From the NCBI GenBank assembly GCA_965220745.1, contig CBDCQT010000012.1, positions 544,001 to 608,000 of the forward strand: a stretch of 64,000 bases of DNA, written 5' to 3'. Positions 62,298-64,000 of the stretch are shown one piece after another (the first letter of the stretch is position 1; each line of letters begins with the position of its first letter). This DNA comes from Alphaproteobacteria bacterium (GTDB lineage Bacteria; Pseudomonadota; Alphaproteobacteria; UBA828). The notes under the pieces are model-generated. The model saw only the letters and a list, made by a program, of their open reading frames with translations. It searched no databases and had not been told where the DNA came from. A program made the position numbers and the translations under genes.

Positions 62298-63620
62298 ATG
62301 ACGCTTAGTGTGGCGATCGTCGGCTCGGGGCCGGCGGGTTTCTATACGGCTGATTCGCTCTTGAAGGCCGACCCGGAGTGCCGGATCGATATCATCGACC
62401 GGTTGCCGACGCCCTACGGGCTGATCCGCTTCGGGGTCGCGCCCGACCACGAGAAGACCAAGAACGTGATGCGCGGCTTTGCGCGCACGGCTTCCGACGA
62501 TCGCGTCAACTTCTACGGCGATGTCGATATCGGCGAAGCGCTTTCTCTCGATGAGCTGCGCGAAATGTACGACGCCGTCGTGCTCGCGGTCGGCGCCGCC
62601 CATGACCGCAGGCTCGGCATCCCCGGCGAGGACAAGGCCGGCGTGGTCGGCTCGGCGAGCTTCGTCAACTGGTACAACGCCCACCCCGATTTCGTCGATC
62701 GCACGCCCGATCTCGACACCTCGAGCGTGGTCATCATCGGCGCCGGCAACGTCGCCATCGACGTGGCGCGGGTGCTGGTCAAGACCCCGGCGGAGATGGC
62801 GGCGACCGACCTGCCGGACTACGCCGCCGAGCCCATCCACGGCGCGCCGATCAGCGACGTCTACATGGTGGCGCGGCGCGGCCCGGTCGAGGCCAAGTTC
62901 ACCAATGTCGAGCTGCGCGAAATGGGCCACCTGGAGCAATGCGTGCCCCAGGTCTCGGCCGCCGATCTGCCCGCTGAGGTGACCGGCGAGATGTCTCCGC
63001 GCGACCGCCGCGTGCGCGAAAAGAACCTAGAGACGCTCCGCGCCTTCGCCGGGCGGGAGGCCGACGAGAAGCCGAAGCGCGTGCACTTCGTCTTTTTCGC
63101 GAGCCCGGTCGAAATCCTGGGTGGCGAGCACGTGGAAGCCGTGCGCTTCGAGCGCACGCGGGTCGAGAATGGCCGCGCCATCGGGACCGGCGAGCATTAC
63201 GAGATCGCCTGCGGCCTGGTGGTCGCCGCCGTGGGCTACCTCTCACTGCCCGTGGATGGCGCGCCCTTCGACCACAAGCAGGGCGTCGTGGTGAACGAGG
63301 AGGGCCGGGTCGGGCCCGGCCTCTATGCGGTCGGCTGGATCAAGCGCGGCCCGACCGGGGTGATCGGCACCAACAAGCCGGACGGCCGGGACGCAGCCCA
63401 GCAGATCATTGACGATCTCGGCGCGGGCGGTGGCAAGCCGGGGCGGGAGGGGTTGGAGGCGATGTTACGGGCGCGCGGGCGCCGTTGGGTCGATTTCGAG
63501 GACTGGCAGCGGATCGAGGCAGCGGAGATTGAGGCCGCCGCTGAGGGCGCCCCCCGTCGCAAGCTCTACCGCCACGAGGATTTTCTGGCCGTCCTGGACG
63601 AGCAGCGCGCCGCCGGCTGA
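62298..63620 (+). CDS. Ferredoxin--NADP+ reductase, FprA/adrenodoxin reductase type
   Basis: GSGPAGFY, PYGLIRFGVAPDH, GAGNVAIDVAR, RRGP and GWIKRGPTGVIGTN motifs. Confidence 0.93.
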   Translation: MTLSVAIVGSGPAGFYTADSLLKADPECRIDIIDRLPTPYGLIRFGVAPDHEKTKNVMRGFARTASDDRVNFYGDVDIGEALSLDELREMYDAVVLAVGAAHDRRLGIPGEDKAGVVGSASFVNWYNAHPDFVDRTPDLDTSSVVIIGAGNVAIDVARVLVKTPAEMAATDLPDYAAEPIHGAPISDVYMVARRGPVEAKFTNVELREMGHLEQCVPQVSAADLPAEVTGEMSPRDRRVREKNLETLRAFAGREADEKPKRVHFVFFASPVEILGGEHVEAVRFERTRVENGRAIGTGEHYEIACGLVVAAVGYLSLPVDGAPFDHKQGVVVNEEGRVGPGLYAVGWIKRGPTGVIGTNKPDGRDAAQQIIDDLGAGGGKPGREGLEAMLRARGRRWVDFEDWQRIEAAEIEAAAEGAPRRKLYRHEDFLAVLDEQRAAG

Positions 63621-63750
63621 GCGGCGCCCAAGGCGCCATTAAAGCGCCAAGAAAAGGTCGGACCACTAGACATCGGGGGCCGCTGGGAGTAAGTGAATCC
63701 TCCCGCCCCGGTCGGCTGACTCGGCGGGCCTCATGGAGAATGACAGGGCC

Positions 63751-64000
63751 ATGGCAGAAGCAGCATTGACGCTCGACGAGGTGCCGCGCGAGGAGCTGGA
63801 ATCGGCCGTGATTCGCTTCGCCGGGGATTCTGGTGACGGCATGCAGCTGACCGGCGGGCGCTTTACCGAGACCACGGCGCTCGCCGGCAACGATCTCACC
63901 ACCTTCCCCGATTTCCCGGCCGAGATCAGGGCGCCGATCGGCACCACCTACGGCGTCTCCGCCTTCCAGATCAACTTCGGCTCGCGCAACGTGATGACCT
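63751..64000 (+). CDS. 2-oxoacid:acceptor oxidoreductase alpha subunit (3' end outside window)
   Basis: [16 protein letters not shown] and [20 protein letters not shown] by hand translation. Confidence 0.92.
   Translation, partial: MAEAALTLDEVPREELESAVIRFAGDSGDGMQLTGGRFTETTALAGNDLTTFPDFPAEIRAPIGTTYGVSAFQINFGSRNVMT

Noticed and set aside
61611-62939. 442-aa MarR fusion suggested by the ORF track
   Set aside because: The upstream part overlaps fprA antisense; a plausible RBS and GTG start lie at 62099

Overview
High-GC alphaproteobacterial chromosome segment. Gene order (recJ-glpX-hom, phaC, rplM-rpsI-argC, petABC, icd) suggests a Rhodospirillales-like organism; this is inference. Core genes alternate with catabolic clusters. 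The main accessory feature is a ~13.9 kb island (4512-18448) integrated at the 3' end of a tRNA-Glu(TTC) gene and bounded by a 16-bp direct repeat, with no integrase left inside it. The island holds an intact HigA beside a truncated HigB and a frameshifted ornithine cyclodeaminase-family gene. It also holds an 11.6 kb cassette bracketed by an 80-bp direct repeat, encoding two ATZ/TRZ-type amidohydrolases, a family-5 ABC importer, a PuuE/HpPgdA-like CE4 hydrolase and a protein made of three tandem 137-aa Rid domains lacking the RidA catalytic Arg. This cassette is the best candidate for an undescribed N-heterocycle catabolic system. Other notable items: a twice-occurring ~95-bp multi-hairpin repeat with compensatory changes (one copy nested in a REP-like doublet); an 899-aa internally duplicated UxaA-family dehydratase whose conserved motifs are split between the two copies; a putative lactam-degradation locus; and a 1055-aa LysM protein with a very long acidic linker containing 99-bp repeats. 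All functional calls come from motif recognition by eye; no database searches were run.
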